Assembly (NCBI RefSeq): GCF_006345805.1
Contig: NC_042999.1
Coordinates: 36,394,001-36,458,000 of the forward strand
Reading direction: 5' to 3'
Length of the DNA stretch: 64,000 nucleotides
Source: Octopus sinensis
Taxonomy: Eukaryota
A program made the position numbers and the translations under genes. Under the pieces are notes generated by a model that made no database searches, was not told the origin of the DNA, and saw only the letters and a list, made by a program, of their open reading frames with translations. Shown in pieces: positions 12,962-25,775 of the stretch. Position 1 is the stretch's first letter; each line of letters starts with the position of its first letter.

Positions 12962-13700
12962 ATATATTATATAAATTAGAGATAAAACCACTATTATGCA
13001 ACTCAAACAGTGATAGACATAAACCAAAACATAAATAATAAATAAAATATAATTTTATAAAACATATAACTAGATCTCAAAAAGTATAAAAATGAATGAT
13101 CAATATATAATAAGTAAAAAACTACGTACGTTTCATGGCTACAATTAAATTTGAATTACAATAAATTTAAATTCAATTTAAAATTATAGTCAATCTTCAG
13201 GTTAATGATAATAGTTAAATAAATAAGCAAATAGAGTTAAACAATATTTATTTAAAAAATAAAAAAAATAATAATTTTTCTTATAGAAAAAAGTCCATTA
13301 ACTAAATTTGAGACTTAAAACATTAAGATTATTTCCTACAACACATTTATTATGTTAAATATTTAATATTTAAGGTAAAAAAAATAGATAGAAATATGTA
13401 TTTATCTGTGAAGATATAATTTGGCTTAAAAAAACATTAATAAACCATCAAATATCTTTAACTCAGTTATACTCCAATATTTAATTACCAAATATTTTAA
13501 CAAAATAATCACTATTAATATTGTTAGATTTTAGTTCGCATATAATAATTATAAAATAATAAATACATAAAAATAAGTATAAATTATAATCAACTAATAT
13601 AATTAAAAATCTAAAATTTTCTTTATCAATTAAATAAGCTATACACCCTTTAGCTATTCATACAAATTTTAACATTTATCTGAACAGAAAATAGCTAGCA
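12962..13700 (-). mobile_element. AT-rich probable Penelope-like terminal repeat ending in (TA)n
   Basis: Contains an HHR-like motif about 160 nt before a (TA)n junction, like the other PLE ends here; left limit clear, right limit uncertain. Confidence 0.45.
13120..13203 (-). ncRNA. Minimal type I hammerhead-like motif, C3-G8 core, long AT-rich stem II
   Basis: Minus strand: AAC-CTGAAGA-[irregular ~20-bp hairpin]-GAAA-CGTACG-TA-GTT; palindromic stem III ACGTACGT, triplet GUA; first stem II pair is U.U. Confidence 0.6.
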
Positions 13701-13984
13701 AAATTACTACACAACTTGTCACAAATGCAGGGTTCAAAATTCACATATATATTATCACATAACATAACTTATTTTTTTGTACTCACCCAGATGTGACACA
13801 GAAATTATTTTAAAACTGACAAGCGAATTCCTAGAGCATAAAATAATTCCATAAATGCCTAACACAAAGCACAAAGTGCATAAACTAAACAGGCAATCAC
13901 AGCTTCCAGAATCCAATTGAACCTTGTCTCACAGAAAAACTCATTTCTTTATTATAGGCATAAAGCCTTTTTATAGAAATTACA

Positions 13985-14733
13985 TTACAATAACAAACAA
14001 AACAAATGTGGGGTACATAAAATGATTACGAATGAATTGTGATGCGTGAAAGTATCGGGTAGTATAATTTTCTCCGTCATCTTGTGGAGATCAGGCAGGC
14101 TGATAAGGACCATCACTTCAAGGCCATATCCCCACCACTTGACCTCTGCTGTCTTGGACATTTTTAATATTTCTACTTTCTCTTCCATGTTGTAGAGGAT
14201 GACTTCCACAAGCCAGTCCTTACTGATTTCTGGTGGCACTCTCCCTATTCTCACTCTGGCAGTGCATCTGCCGCAATAAGTAGGCAAGAGTGCCATTTTC
14301 AAGGCTACGGTGGAGTACTTCTTTGCTTCATTCTCATTAACGAAGCGTACCTCCACCGTGCCAAATTTTCTTCCTCTGTTATAAAAAGTCGTCACTTCCA
14401 TAATGTCTTTTAAGCATTTCTCTATTTCTTCCACGGCTGCTACTTCAATTATCTGTGTCGCCATGTTCAACGTTCGATATGTTATTTTTCGTTTGTAATT
14501 TTCTACCACTTTTTGAGTGGGTGTTAGTCTCAACATCCTCCTTCCTTTTTCAATAGGTTGTTAAACTCTTTATAATCTGTACCTTTAACCTCCAGCTCCC
14601 GTATCTGCAGCACTTCCACTGTCAGGTTTTTGCCTGTTACCACATCATAACTGCCTGTCTGTGCTTGCATGTTTCCACTATTTACTGCTTCACCCATAAT
14701 GGAGAAGCTAAACAAAATTTCCAACGGCTTCAA
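13985..14733 (-). mobile_element. LINE ORF1-like (RRM-type) fragment, frameshifted
   Basis: YNRGRKFGTVEVRF..LLPTYCGRCTARVRIGRVPPEI pattern typical of L1/Tx1-type ORF1; no ORF2 adjacent. Confidence 0.55.
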
Positions 14734-15014
14734 TAAATTACAATTTTAGCAATACAATACTTGCAGTTTAACAATTCCGTCATTCAACAAATCACATAAC
14801 ACAATGCAATGTCCGTTGTCTCACAGAAAAACTGTCACAAAAGACTGAGTGTACAACTATCTCTGCTTATTAAAGGTTTGCTAAGGTCTAGCCAATTTGT
14901 TAGTTTTTCACAGTTTGGCTAATAACACCTAGCTTTCCCCATTTTGACAATGGACTTCATCCTGACCTTACAGTGCAGCATGAAAAACTGTCTGTTTACT
15001 TGTTTAACTTAACA

Positions 15015-15387
15015 TCTTTATATATAAAAGTGAAGTTGTGTGTCTGTCTCCTACGATTTAGATTCCTAACTACTCCCACATTTTGCGGTGCAGTTTAACC
15101 AAAAGCGGGTATCTTATAGTCGGGATTCATATCAAGCCCTGGGTATTAGCGCGCGTCTACAATGAGTCTACGATTTAAAAAAAAAATTAATCATTTTTTC
15201 GCTATTATATAAGGGAAGTAACTCTCTAAAAATGTCTATGATGAGTCAACGATTTAAAAAAAAAATTTACCATAATTTTTTTCCGTTTTTAATGCATCTA
15301 TTTGCTATTTTTTGGCTATAACTCTCTAAAAATGCTTATATAGTTATTTCCCTTACAAACCCGAGCAACGCCGGGCGATACTGCTAG
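15015..15387 (+). mobile_element. Non-autonomous Helitron
   Basis: A|TCTTTATATATAAAAG at the 5' end; 3' hairpin CCCGAGCAACGCCGGG followed by CTAG|T; no TSD. Confidence 0.85.
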
Positions 15388-15542
15388 TTATACTATAACA
15401 CGTTTTTATTATTTTTATAATTTCTAAACAACTTGACATTGTTTTTCTGTCTGTTGAATTGCCTTTGTGAAATCCGGATTGTTGTGTGCTGCTTTGCAGC
15501 AGTTTTTTCTGGTTGAGCTGTCCCTCAACATTTTAAGGAGGG

Positions 15543-15836
15543 ATGGCTGAGGCTTCTTTGGATGTGAGTGAATCAGCAGTGGAGTATTTGGAACTGTCAT
15601 TGTCTGAAGAGGAGCTGGTAGAAGCTGTAAAGAAGATGGACAAGGTTATAAAAAGTTTTGTGGAGGTGACGAAGGTGCAAAAGAAAGAAGTAAGCCTCAA
15701 GAGTTTAACAAATTTTGAGAAAATGTTAAAAAAAGGTGGTGACGTGAAATTGCCACCACCACAAGACATTCTAAAGAAAATGGAGGAGAAGAAGACTGTG
15801 TATAAAGTTTATTCTATCAGGAAAAAAAAAGGTTAG
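15543..15836 (+). mobile_element. ORF1 N-terminal fragment homologous to 13985-14733
   Basis: MLKKGGDVKLPPPQDILKKMEEKKTVYKVYS aligns with LLKKEG-MLRLTPTQKVVENYKRKITYRTLN. Confidence 0.45.
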
Positions 15837-16089
15837 AAAATGAACCGACAGAAGAAACTGAGAAGGCGTGGAGGCCAATCTGGCAAGACATAGCATATCC
15901 TGCCAGAGAAAGCCAATACAGCACAGTTTTACTCTTTCACTTGTTTCAGTCATTTGGCTGTGGCCATGCTGGAGCACCGCCTTTAGTCAAACAAATCGAC
16001 CCCAGGACTTATTCTTTGTAAGCCTAGTACTTATTCTATTGGGCTCTCTTGCTGAACTGCTAAGTGACGGGGACATAAACACGATGCAA

Positions 16090-16411
16090 TGTCCTTCCAC
16101 ATAGGGGCCAGGCATTTCTCTATTTTATCTTTTTCAAAATGTTTAAAAAGTTTATTCTCTGGACAGTAAGATTTAAACATTACTGTTTTCCTTTTTGTCT
16201 CTATGGCGTTGGAGGTGGGTGGTATCTTAATATCATTGTCCTCCACCTTGATTCTTCCAAAATATTCTTCCAGTTTTTCAACTGGAATTTCTATGGTTTC
16301 AATAGTCACTGTGTCATCTGCCAAAAATTTTTTTACAGTGTTGGCACCTCTGCCAACATTAACACCACTATCTTTGAGAGTGCATTTTTCTTTAATAATT
16401 TTGACCGACAT
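16090..16411 (-). mobile_element. Third ORF1 N-terminal fragment
   Basis: IKVEDNDIKIPPTSNAIETKRKTVMFKSY aligns with the same block; truncated by a SINE tail. Confidence 0.45.
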
Positions 16412-18521
16412 CTTCGATTGAAATTAATTCAATACAAAAATAAAGCCTAAAACGGTTTTTCAAAGTTTACAAAATATGTTCAACAGAAGATATTGCTTCC
16501 ACTTAAAGTGGAAGCCCATAATAAATTTTCCTATAAAAAGCACCATCCATTCGTGGCCGTTTGCCAGCTCTGTCTGGCACCTGTGCGAGTGGCACGTAAA
16601 AAGCACCCACTACACTCACGGAGTGGTTGGCGTTAGGAAGGGCATCCAGCCGTAGAAACACTGCCAGATTTGACTGGGCCTGATGAAGCCTTCTGGCTTC
16701 ACAGACCCCAGTAGAACCGTCCAACTCATGCTAGCATGGAAAACGGACGCTAAACGATGATGATGATGATGATGATGATGAGATTATAACAGTACTAATC
16801 CCGCCCCTGCTAGGGGCAGGGCACAAAAACAAGGTCTAAAACGACTTAAAACAGTTCGAATTTTTACACAAAATTCCACAAAAAGCAATTCCACAATGGC
16901 CACAGAATTAAATTTAACAGTTCCTATTTCTCGGTATATCATCATCATCATCATTATCATCATTGTTTAACGTCCGCTTTCGATGCTAGCATGAGTGGGA
17001 CGATTTGACTGAGGTCTGGTGAATGAGATGGCTGCACCAGACTCCAATCTGATCTGGCAGAGTTTCTACAGCTGGATGCCCTTCCTAATGCCAACCACTC
17101 CCAGGGTGTAGTGGGTGCTTTTACATGCCACCGGCACGAGGGCCAGTCAGACGGTACTGGCAACGGCCATGCTCAAATAGTGCTTTTTATGTGCCACCTG
17201 CACAGGAGCCAGTCCAGTGGCACTGGCAATGAGCTCGCTTGAATGTTTTTTTCATGTGCCACCAGCACAAATGCTAGTAAGGCGATGCAGGTAACGCTCA
17301 AGCTCGAATGGTAAGGGAATAGTAAAAACAAATACAACAATGGTAACAATACCACCAAAGTCAACTTTGTTTTTCGTTCTGACGAGATTATTTACCTTTT
17401 ATATAGCAATATGGAATCAAGAGTGTCATTGATTACAGTTTTTGAAAGGCTCTATCACAGGAGGCGCAGGAGTGGCTGTGTAGTAAGTAGCTTGTTTACC
17501 AACCACATGGTTCTGGGTTCAGTCCCACTGCGTGGCACCTTGAGCAAGTGTCTTCTATTATAGCCTCGGGCCGACCAAAGCCTTGTGAGTGGATTTGGTA
17601 GACGGAAACTGAAAGAAGCCCGTTGTATATATATATATATATGCGTGTGTGTGTTTGTGTGTCTGTGTTTGTCCCCCTAGCATTGCTTGACAACCGATGC
17701 TGGTGTGTTTATGTCCCCGTTACTTAGCGGTTCGGCAAAAGAGACCGATAGAATAAGTACTGGGCTTACAAAAGAATAAGTCCCGGGGTCGAGTTGCTCG
17801 ATTAAAGGCGGTGCTCCAGCATGGCCGCAGTCAAATGACTGAAACAAGTAAAAGAGTAAAGAGTAAGAGGTTCATTTCATTTCTGGAGATGAGAGTTTCA
17901 AGCAAGTATTTGTTACTCCATACAGAACAATCATACTTCACCCATAAAGTAACATCTTTCCAGTTTCCTAATCAATGTTTATATTCTACACCAGGGGCCA
18001 GCAACACACCGGTCTGCCGAGCATTTTAATCTAGCTCACGGAGCATTTTGGGTAGGTCCTGAATAACCTTTATTAACATTTATTTTACAACACCTCTGTT
18101 TTTGGATTTAATTGATAGTAATTGCACTGCATGACCATGTGAAAAACACACACACAGGTTTACATTCAATATGTATTGAGTTGTCAGACAGTAGCACCCC
18201 AACAAAGGCCCAGATAGCACAAAAGACAAAAATAATTTTCACCAGTAAAAGAAATAAAAACATTAAAAAGATAGACAGGGGTGGGTGCATGCACAATTAC
18301 TTGTATGTTAATTTAATAATAATGTTAATTAAATAATAACATAGTACGTTAATGTAATAGTAATTTAATAATAATGAATTACGGAGATGTACTTGCATAG
18401 CAAGTGACCTGATCTGAGATCGTGTGCTGGAATGAAAACAATTGCAGCATGGAAGGAAGGTGTTTATAAGCCATTTAAGAAACACACAAAATCCGTTAGA
18501 TTCACTTCAACATTTAAATTT

Positions 18522-18577
18522 AATTTGTCAAAATATTTTCGTCGGTTTGAGACCGCGACCTGTTCACTGACAAAATT
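18522..18577 (-). ncRNA. Minimal type I hammerhead-like motif with G3-C8 core
   Basis: Minus strand: TTTGTCA-GTGAACA-G-GTC(GC)GGT-ctcaa-ACCGAC-GAAA-ATA-TTT-TGACAAA; lies in a ~215-bp repeat (18374-18590) homologous to 49050-49370. Confidence 0.6.
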
Positions 18578-18595
18578 CCACGTTGCATGAATTAA

Positions 18596-18815
18596 CCCTT
18601 TAGCATTCAAACCGGCCATATCTGGCCAAAATATTTAACCTGTTTTATATTGAAACTGTCCAGATCTCGCCTCTCACCTCAGCCGTACCATGTCATTCTA
18701 AAACTAAAAAATCACATCACTGAAATCTCTAAACTACAAGATAATGCATGATTAATTCAAACCATTTTAAATTAACAAACATCACATTTGACAGAATAAT
18801 CTGAACACTAAATGG
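18596..18815. mobile_element. piggyBac-like MITE
   Basis: TTAA|CCCTTTAGCATTCA ... GAACACTAAATGG|TTAA; homologous to 40691-40910. Confidence 0.75.
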
Positions 18816-20389
18816 TTAAATAAAATGAAATGAAGTGTTACGAAAAATTTCAATGTTATATTTTTCATGAAAAAATAATTTACTGCAGCACAATGGTAGT
18901 TGATTGTAGTCATGAAAATTTTGTCAACTAGCATGGCTTTGCCTGTTAATCCTCACAATCCTCCTCCTCATCATCATCATCGTTTAACGTCCGTTTTCCG
19001 CGCTAGCACGGGTTGGACGGTTCGACCGGGGTCTGGGAAGCCAGGAGCTGCACCAGGCTCCAGTCTGATCTGGCAGAGTTTCTACAGCTGGATGCCCTTC
19101 CTAACGCCAACCACTCTGCGAGTGTAATTTAAGGAGCTGAATTCCAATATAATATTTCTGTCTATTACTCTCTTTTACTCTTTTACTTGTTTCAGTCATT
19201 TGACTGCGGCCATGCTGGAGTACCGCCTTTAGTCGAGCTAATCGACCCCGGGACTTATTCTTTGTAAGCCCAGTACTTATTCTATCGGTCTCTTTTGCCG
19301 AACCGCTAAGTAACGGGGACGTAAACACACCAGCATCGGTTGTCAAGCAATGCTAGGGGGACAAACACAGACACACAAACACACACATACACATATATAT
19401 ATATATACATATATACAACAGGCTTCTTTCAGTTTCTGTCTACCAAATCCACTCACAAGGCATTGGTCGGCCCGGGGCTATAGCAGAAGACACTTGCCCA
19501 AGATGCCACGCAGTGGGACTGAACCCGGAACCATGTGGTTGGTTAGCAAGCTACCTACCACACAGCCACTCCTATGCCTATTATTGTCAAATTATAATTT
19601 TTTGTTTTTTGTTTTATGTTCCCAGGTTTTCGCTGATTAAATCAATGCAATGGAAAACAAGAAAAGGAAGATTGATTTTTAACATTGGGCTTTCAATGTT
19701 TCGTGGACACTGAACTTCTTCATTAATCAGTTTGGCAAATGTGTGTGTGTTTAATTTGCTGAAAACTGATAGCAGTTAAGAAGGTTGTGTCGGTGGCACG
19801 TAAAAAACACCATCCGAGCGTGGCCGTTCGCCAGCCTCGTCTGGCACCTGTGTCGGTGGCACATAAAATCACCCACTACACTCTCGAAGTGGTTGGTGTT
19901 AGGAAGGGCATCCAGCTGTAGAAACACTGCCAGATCTGACTGGCCTGGTGCAGCCTTCGGGCTCCCCAGACCCCAGTTGAACCGTCCAACCCATGCTAGC
20001 ATGGAAAGCGGACGTTAAACGATGACGATGATGATGATGATGATGATTACGAGGCTTGTCATAATAATTACAACAGTTTCCTTGGAATGGCGCGAGAAGA
20101 TGAAGTAGTCATCATCATCATCATTAAACGTCCGTTCTCCAGCCAGAAGGCTGCACCAGGCTCCAGTCTTATCTGGCAATGTTTCTACAGCTGGATGCCC
20201 TTCCTAACGCCAACCACTCCGTGAGTGTAGTGGGTGCTTTTTACGTGCCACCTGCACTGGAGCCAGGCGAGGCTGGCATCGGCCAAGGTCGGATTGGTGC
20301 ATTTTATGTGCCACCTGCACGGAAGCCAGTTGAGGCGGCACTGGCTTCGGCCACGATTTGGATGGTGCTTTTTACGTGCCACCGACGGG

Positions 20390-21260
20390 TGAAAAACAAT
20401 CTTCTTAAGCAATCATCTTTCTTCACCATTAAGGTTGAAGAAAGCAACAGAAGCACCTGTGCCAGTTATGAAGTTTCAAGACTGATAGCAGCAAGAATGA
20501 AGTCATTCAGTGATAGTGATAGTGAATTCTTTAAGGAATATATGATGAAAGTAGTGGAAGTTATATGTCCAGAAAAAAAGGATTTATTTTCTGAAATCAG
20601 TTTGTCCCCGAGAACAGTCACTCAAAGAATTGAAGAAATGTTAGTTAGTTAGTTAATTTTTGGCTCAAAAGCAAATAGCAAGGCCATGTAGGGGGACATG
20701 GAGTTAAGTACAGGGTGGTGTTCATGTAAAGAGTTCAGGCCACTTGAGGTCAAGGGAGGCTTTGAACAAAGCGGTCGTCGGCATCTTCACCATCTCGTCT
20801 GGCAGCTTGTTCCATGGATCCGCAACCCGGATGGAGAAAGCTCCTCTCCTTCGATTGAGATGAAATGGCGGTCGATGTCAAGAGAAGCTTAGGAGGTGTG
20901 TTACAGAGTCTTGAATATTTTTCCATTGCTATCGATGACACTACTGATAAGACAGATACCTGCAAACTCACAGTTTTTGTGAATGGTGTTACTCTGACCT
21001 TTAACATTGTGGAAGAATTTGCACAAGTCATTTCTTTGTAAAAAAACAACTACCAGATCAGATTATATGACAGCCTCATGAATTGGGTGATTCAATCAAA
21101 GCTATTTGGGGTGACCACCAAAAGAGCACCAGCAATGATTGGTGAGAAAAAAAGGTGTGGTATCTTTACTTCAAGAACAGGTTGGTGGACAACAGACACT
21201 ATTCAAACTGCATTGGCTCTTCATAAGGCTCAGCATTTTGAGATCAGCCTTCAATACTTT
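20390..21260 (+). mobile_element. hAT (Charlie/GTF2IRD2-like) transposase remnant
   Basis: SYEVSRLIA..FSDSEFFKEYM..ISLSPRTVTQRIEEM; YFSIAIDDTTD; GVTTKRAPAMIGEKKGVV. Confidence 0.8.
20640..20890 (-). mobile_element. CR1-type LINE 3' end inserted in the hAT remnant
   Basis: Reverse complement of 35510-35750, including the TAAC-type repeat tail. Confidence 0.85.
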
Positions 21261-22052
21261 GTTCCATGTTTTCCTGGGTCTCCCTCCTCCACAACTTATT
21301 TCCATTTTAAGTGATTGGCACTTCTTATAAAATATATACACAAATGCCTACACAAATTACTTTACAACTATCAAATATGCAACTTGATAGCTTGTACTAT
21401 GCCTTGGCTAATTGTTTTAGATTCCTGTGTCATCACAAGCGTATATGATAATCCTCTTGGCTCTTCAAACCCTTCATTCAGCAAAGCAGTAAAGATATGA
21501 CAGCTAAAGAGAGAGAGAGAGAGAGAGAGAGGTGGGGTGTGGCTACCCCAGCACTCTGCTGGCAACCGTTCCTGCTGAATCGACTGGAGCAATGTAAAAT
21601 AAAGTGTCTTGCTCAAGGAGCCATTTACTGTATATGTTTTGTGTCTCCTTGTCTTGACATAGTGTGATTGTTGTAAATGCGTGTTTCTGTCATATAAGCA
21701 GTGTCATTTATTTTCAATATTTTGTAAAAGACATATCTGGCAACAGGGAAATATTACTATGGAAACAGGCAAGAGCTGATGATAGAAAAGGCATCCAGCT
21801 GTAGAAAATCTGCTTCAATAAAAACTCCAAGCATGGAAAAGTGAACATTAAAATGATGATGAAGATGACATATCATCATCATCGTCATTTTAATGTCATT
21901 TCTTCTATGCTATTATGTGTTGGGCGAGCTGGCAGAAACATTAGCACACCGGGTGAGATGCATAGCTGTATTTCATCTGCCGCTACATTCTGAGTTCAAA
22001 TTCCGCCACGGTCAACTTTGCCTTTCATCCTTTTGGGGTTGATTAAATAAGT

Positions 22053-22379
22053 GGGAAGCACTCCGTCGGTTACGACGACGAGGGTTCCGGTTGATCCGAT
22101 CAACGGAACAGCCTGCTTGTGAAATTAACGTGTAAGTGGCTGAGCACTCCACAGACACGTGTACCCTTAACGTAGTTCTCAGGGAGATTCAGCGTGACAC
22201 AGAGAGTGACAAGGCCGGCCCCTTGAAATACAGGTACAACTCATTTTTGCTAGCTGAGTGGACTGGAGCAACGTGAAATAAAGTGTCTTGCTCAAGGACA
22301 CAACGCATCGCCGGGAATCGAACTCACGACCTTACAATCGTCAGCCGAATGCCCTAACCACTAAGCCATGCGCCTTCAC
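22053..22379 (-). mobile_element. tRNA-SINE nested in a Meta-type SINE (21922-22487), 9-bp TSD
   Basis: TAAATAAGT at 22044-22052 and 22380-22388. Confidence 0.9.
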
Positions 22380-23489
22380 TAAATAAGTACCAGTTACGCA
22401 CTGAGGTCGATATAATCGACTTAATCCGTTTGTCTGTCCTTGTTTGTCCCCTCTGTGTGTGGCCCCTTGTGGGCAGTAAAGAAATAGGTTTGATATGAAC
22501 TAACAAGCCAGAAGATTGTGCCGAGCTTTAATATCTGCTTTGGCATCAATTTTACAGTTGGATACCCTTTGTAATGCCAACCACTTCACAGTGTGTACGT
22601 GTGTTTTTTGGGGTTTTTTTTTTGTGACACCAAAACTGGTGAGGTCACCAAGTATCCAGAAGACAAGATCCCTCAGTTGAGTGGGGTATAGTACTGAGAT
22701 ATATGAAAGCATATTAGAAGGACAGGAACAAATATCTTGCTGATAGAGCTCTAAGGTCAATGTACAAGGTGAATATGAGAGAGAGAAAAGGTGGATAAGT
22801 GAGTTAGAGTGAAATTCCACACAGTTTCCATCCTGTAAATACACTCACGAGGTATTGATCCGTCTGGGGATATATTCCAAGACAGTTGGTCAAGTTATCA
22901 CATAAGCCTGCACTTACTTATTTACAGCATTTGGAGTTTTATTTTATTTCTTTATTTCTTTATTTTTTTCTTCTTTTTTTTTGGCTTTTTTTCTTCATCC
23001 AGAAATAAAGAATTTCTGAAATATTTAAAAATCTATTTTTATATTATTTCTTCATTTTTGTCCCTTGTGTGTTAATTAATTAAGAAATTATTATTTCTTT
23101 TTTCTGTTGTGTGCATATGTGTATGCTTCTGTGTTTATAATTTTGTATATAAAGAAAAGGTATTTAAAACTACATACAGACACATACATGCACATATTCA
23201 TATGTAGTTACATGCACTTCTCTTGGGATTCAGTTGCAAATCGAAGGAAGTAAATATTTTGAATTCTTGCTTTAATCCCCGAGGAAAGAATTGAAACAGT
23301 AATACTGAAGTTTCCATGATGAATATTTGAAAAATTTTGGTTGATGAAGTAAAAGGAAGTTTAGTTTGAGTGAACCATTTTAAAATATTTTGATTATGCA
23401 AGTAGTCAGCATCATATACTACCACAAACACACACACACACATATACATACATATATATATATATCTATATCTATATATATATATATAC

Positions 23490-24840
23490 ATCATCATCAT
23501 CATCACCATCATCATTTAACATACGTTTTCCATGCTAGCATGGGTTGGATGGTTTGACCGGGGTCTGGGAAGCCAGGAGGCTGCACCAGGCTCCAGTCTG
23601 ATGTGGCAGTGTTTCTACAGCTGGATGCCCTTCCTAATGCCAACGATACCGTGAGTGTAGTGGGTGCTTTTTACATGCCACCGGCACGGGTATCACAATT
23701 GCAATTTCCATTTGATTTTGATTTTGATGTACTTGATTCAATAGGTCTCCTCAAGCACAGCAGGTTGCCCTACGATCCAAGGTAAGCACAGCAGGTCATC
23801 CTACAATCCAAGGTACTTTGAATGGGCTGGGGCTGGTTATGTGAAGCTGGCGTAGGATGCGCCAAGGACTCACTTTATTTGTTGGGTCTTCGCAGTCACA
23901 GCATATCTCTAGAGGTCTCAGTCTTTCGTCATTGCCTCTGTAAGGCCCAACGTTCGAAGGTCATGCTTAACCACCTCATCCCATGTCTTCCTGGGTCTAC
24001 CTCTACCCCAGATTCCTTCAACTGTTTGGGAGTGGCACTTCTTCACACATCTCTCCTCATCCATCTGTGGTACATGACCATACCAGCACAACCGTCTCTC
24101 TTGCACACCACATCCGATGCTTCTTATGTCCAACATTTCTCTCAGGGTACTTACACTCTGTCGTGTGTGCACACTGACAGTACACATCCAGCGGATCATG
24201 TTAGCTTCATTTCTTTTGAGCCTACGCATGTTCTCCGCAGTCACGGCCCATGTTTCACTGCCATGAAGCATAGCAGTTTGCACACATGCATCGTACAATC
24301 TCTCTTTCACTCTGAGCAAGAGACCCTTTGTCACCAGTAGGGGTGGAATCTTTCTAAACTTTGCCTAGGCTATTCCTATTCTAGTGGTAACACTCTCTGA
24401 GCATCCACCCCCACTACTAACTTGGTCATCTAGGTATCAGAAGCTATCAACTACTTCTAGCTTCTCCCACTGGAGTGTGATGAAGTCTGTTTTCTGAGCA
24501 TCTGTGGTGTCTATTGCCCCTGTGCATCTGCCGCACATGAAAGCTATCTTCTCGGTTTACCTTCCTTTGATGTTGTTGCACCTCTTATGTGTCCATAGCT
24601 TACATTGGGCACGTCTTAGGAAGTTCCCTACCTACACCTTTTCTACAGATCGAGTAGGGTCACCTACTTGAAGGTGTGTGCGATGAGTTCGCTTTCCTAC
24701 TTACTGTAACTTTGGTCTTTGCTTCATTGACTCTAAGGCCTTTTGTTTCTAAACCTTGCTTCCACTCCCGAAATTTCTTTTCTAGTTCCGGTAGTGATTC
24801 TGCTATGAGGGCCATATCATCAGTCAGGCAGTACTGGCCA
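23490..24840 (-). mobile_element. RTE-clade LINE 3' portion: RT C-terminus with PHD-like finger, C-terminal domain and full 3' UTR
   Basis: LYDACVQTAMLHGSETW..RRLCWYGHV..GRGRPRKTW; the ORF runs directly into the (GAT)n-tailed UTR. Confidence 0.9.
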
Positions 24841-24949
24841 CACTCAAATTTTTCTTTTTATGTGCCACCTGCACAGGAGCCAGTCGAGTGGCACTGGCAA
24901 TGCTGGTGAGGAGTTGATTTATGGAGAGTGGGAAGTTGATCTAGACCTT

Positions 24950-25170
24950 TTTTTCAAAGGTTATCACTGGTGACGAAAGCTGGTACTACAGAATTTGCAG
25001 ATGTGGAAGAGGTGAAAAAAAAAAAGAAATGACAGAGGCATTAAAAGGCATCACTTCACAAGGCATCACTTCACTTAAAAGGCATCACTTCACTTCGTGG
25101 AAAACGTGCCTGGATTGAAGCATTCCTTCAAATGGAGAATACTTTGAAAATGATAAAATTGTAAACATGT
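24950..25170 (+). mobile_element. Mariner transposase remnant
   Basis: KVITGDESWYY motif followed by C-terminal-like sequence; heavily deleted. Confidence 0.55.
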
Positions 25171-25775
25171 AAAACTAAGTGAATAAAATAATATGGCAAA
25201 ATTCTGGTTTCTTGTGTGTTTGTGTGTGTATGTATATGTATGCATATATGCATATATATATGTGTGCATATATACATACATATGTGTGTGTGTGTGTTTG
25301 TTTCCCAATCATCACTTGACAACCTGTGTTGGTTTATGTCCCTGTAAATTAGCAGTTCAGCAAAAGAGACTGATAGAATAAGTATAAGACTTAAAAAAAT
25401 AAATACTAGGATCAATCTGTTTGACTAAAACCCATCAAGGCAGTGTCCAAGCATGGCCACCACTCTAATGACTGAAACAAGTAAAAGATAAATGAAAGGT
25501 AAACCATTGTCAGTGCCAAATAACAATAAGCATTTCCTACATAATCCCAACTAACAGATTTATAAGGAAGCAGGATGGCAAGATAAATGATTATCATATG
25601 ATATTTATAATGGTCCCATCACCATCAATGTTACCATAATAATGATAATAATAATACCCTTATCAGCTGGGTAGTCATGATGGGTATACTGGGCTTTGTA
25701 TATTTTCCCCAGTGTCACTTTGATGGCATGCACTGCTCTCTCACTCAATGATAATGATAATAATAATAATAATAA

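Noticed and set aside
13200-13720. Very AT-rich block suggesting a mitochondrial insertion (NUMT)
   Set aside because: No recognisable mitochondrial gene or tRNA; adjacency to an HHR and (TA)n fits a PLE terminal repeat better.
23198-23440. 72-codon open frame on the minus strand
   Set aside because: Begins in a microsatellite; no motif or splice support.
25030-25095. Triple AAGGCATCACTTCAC repeat
   Set aside because: Local slippage inside a decayed mariner; no functional indication.
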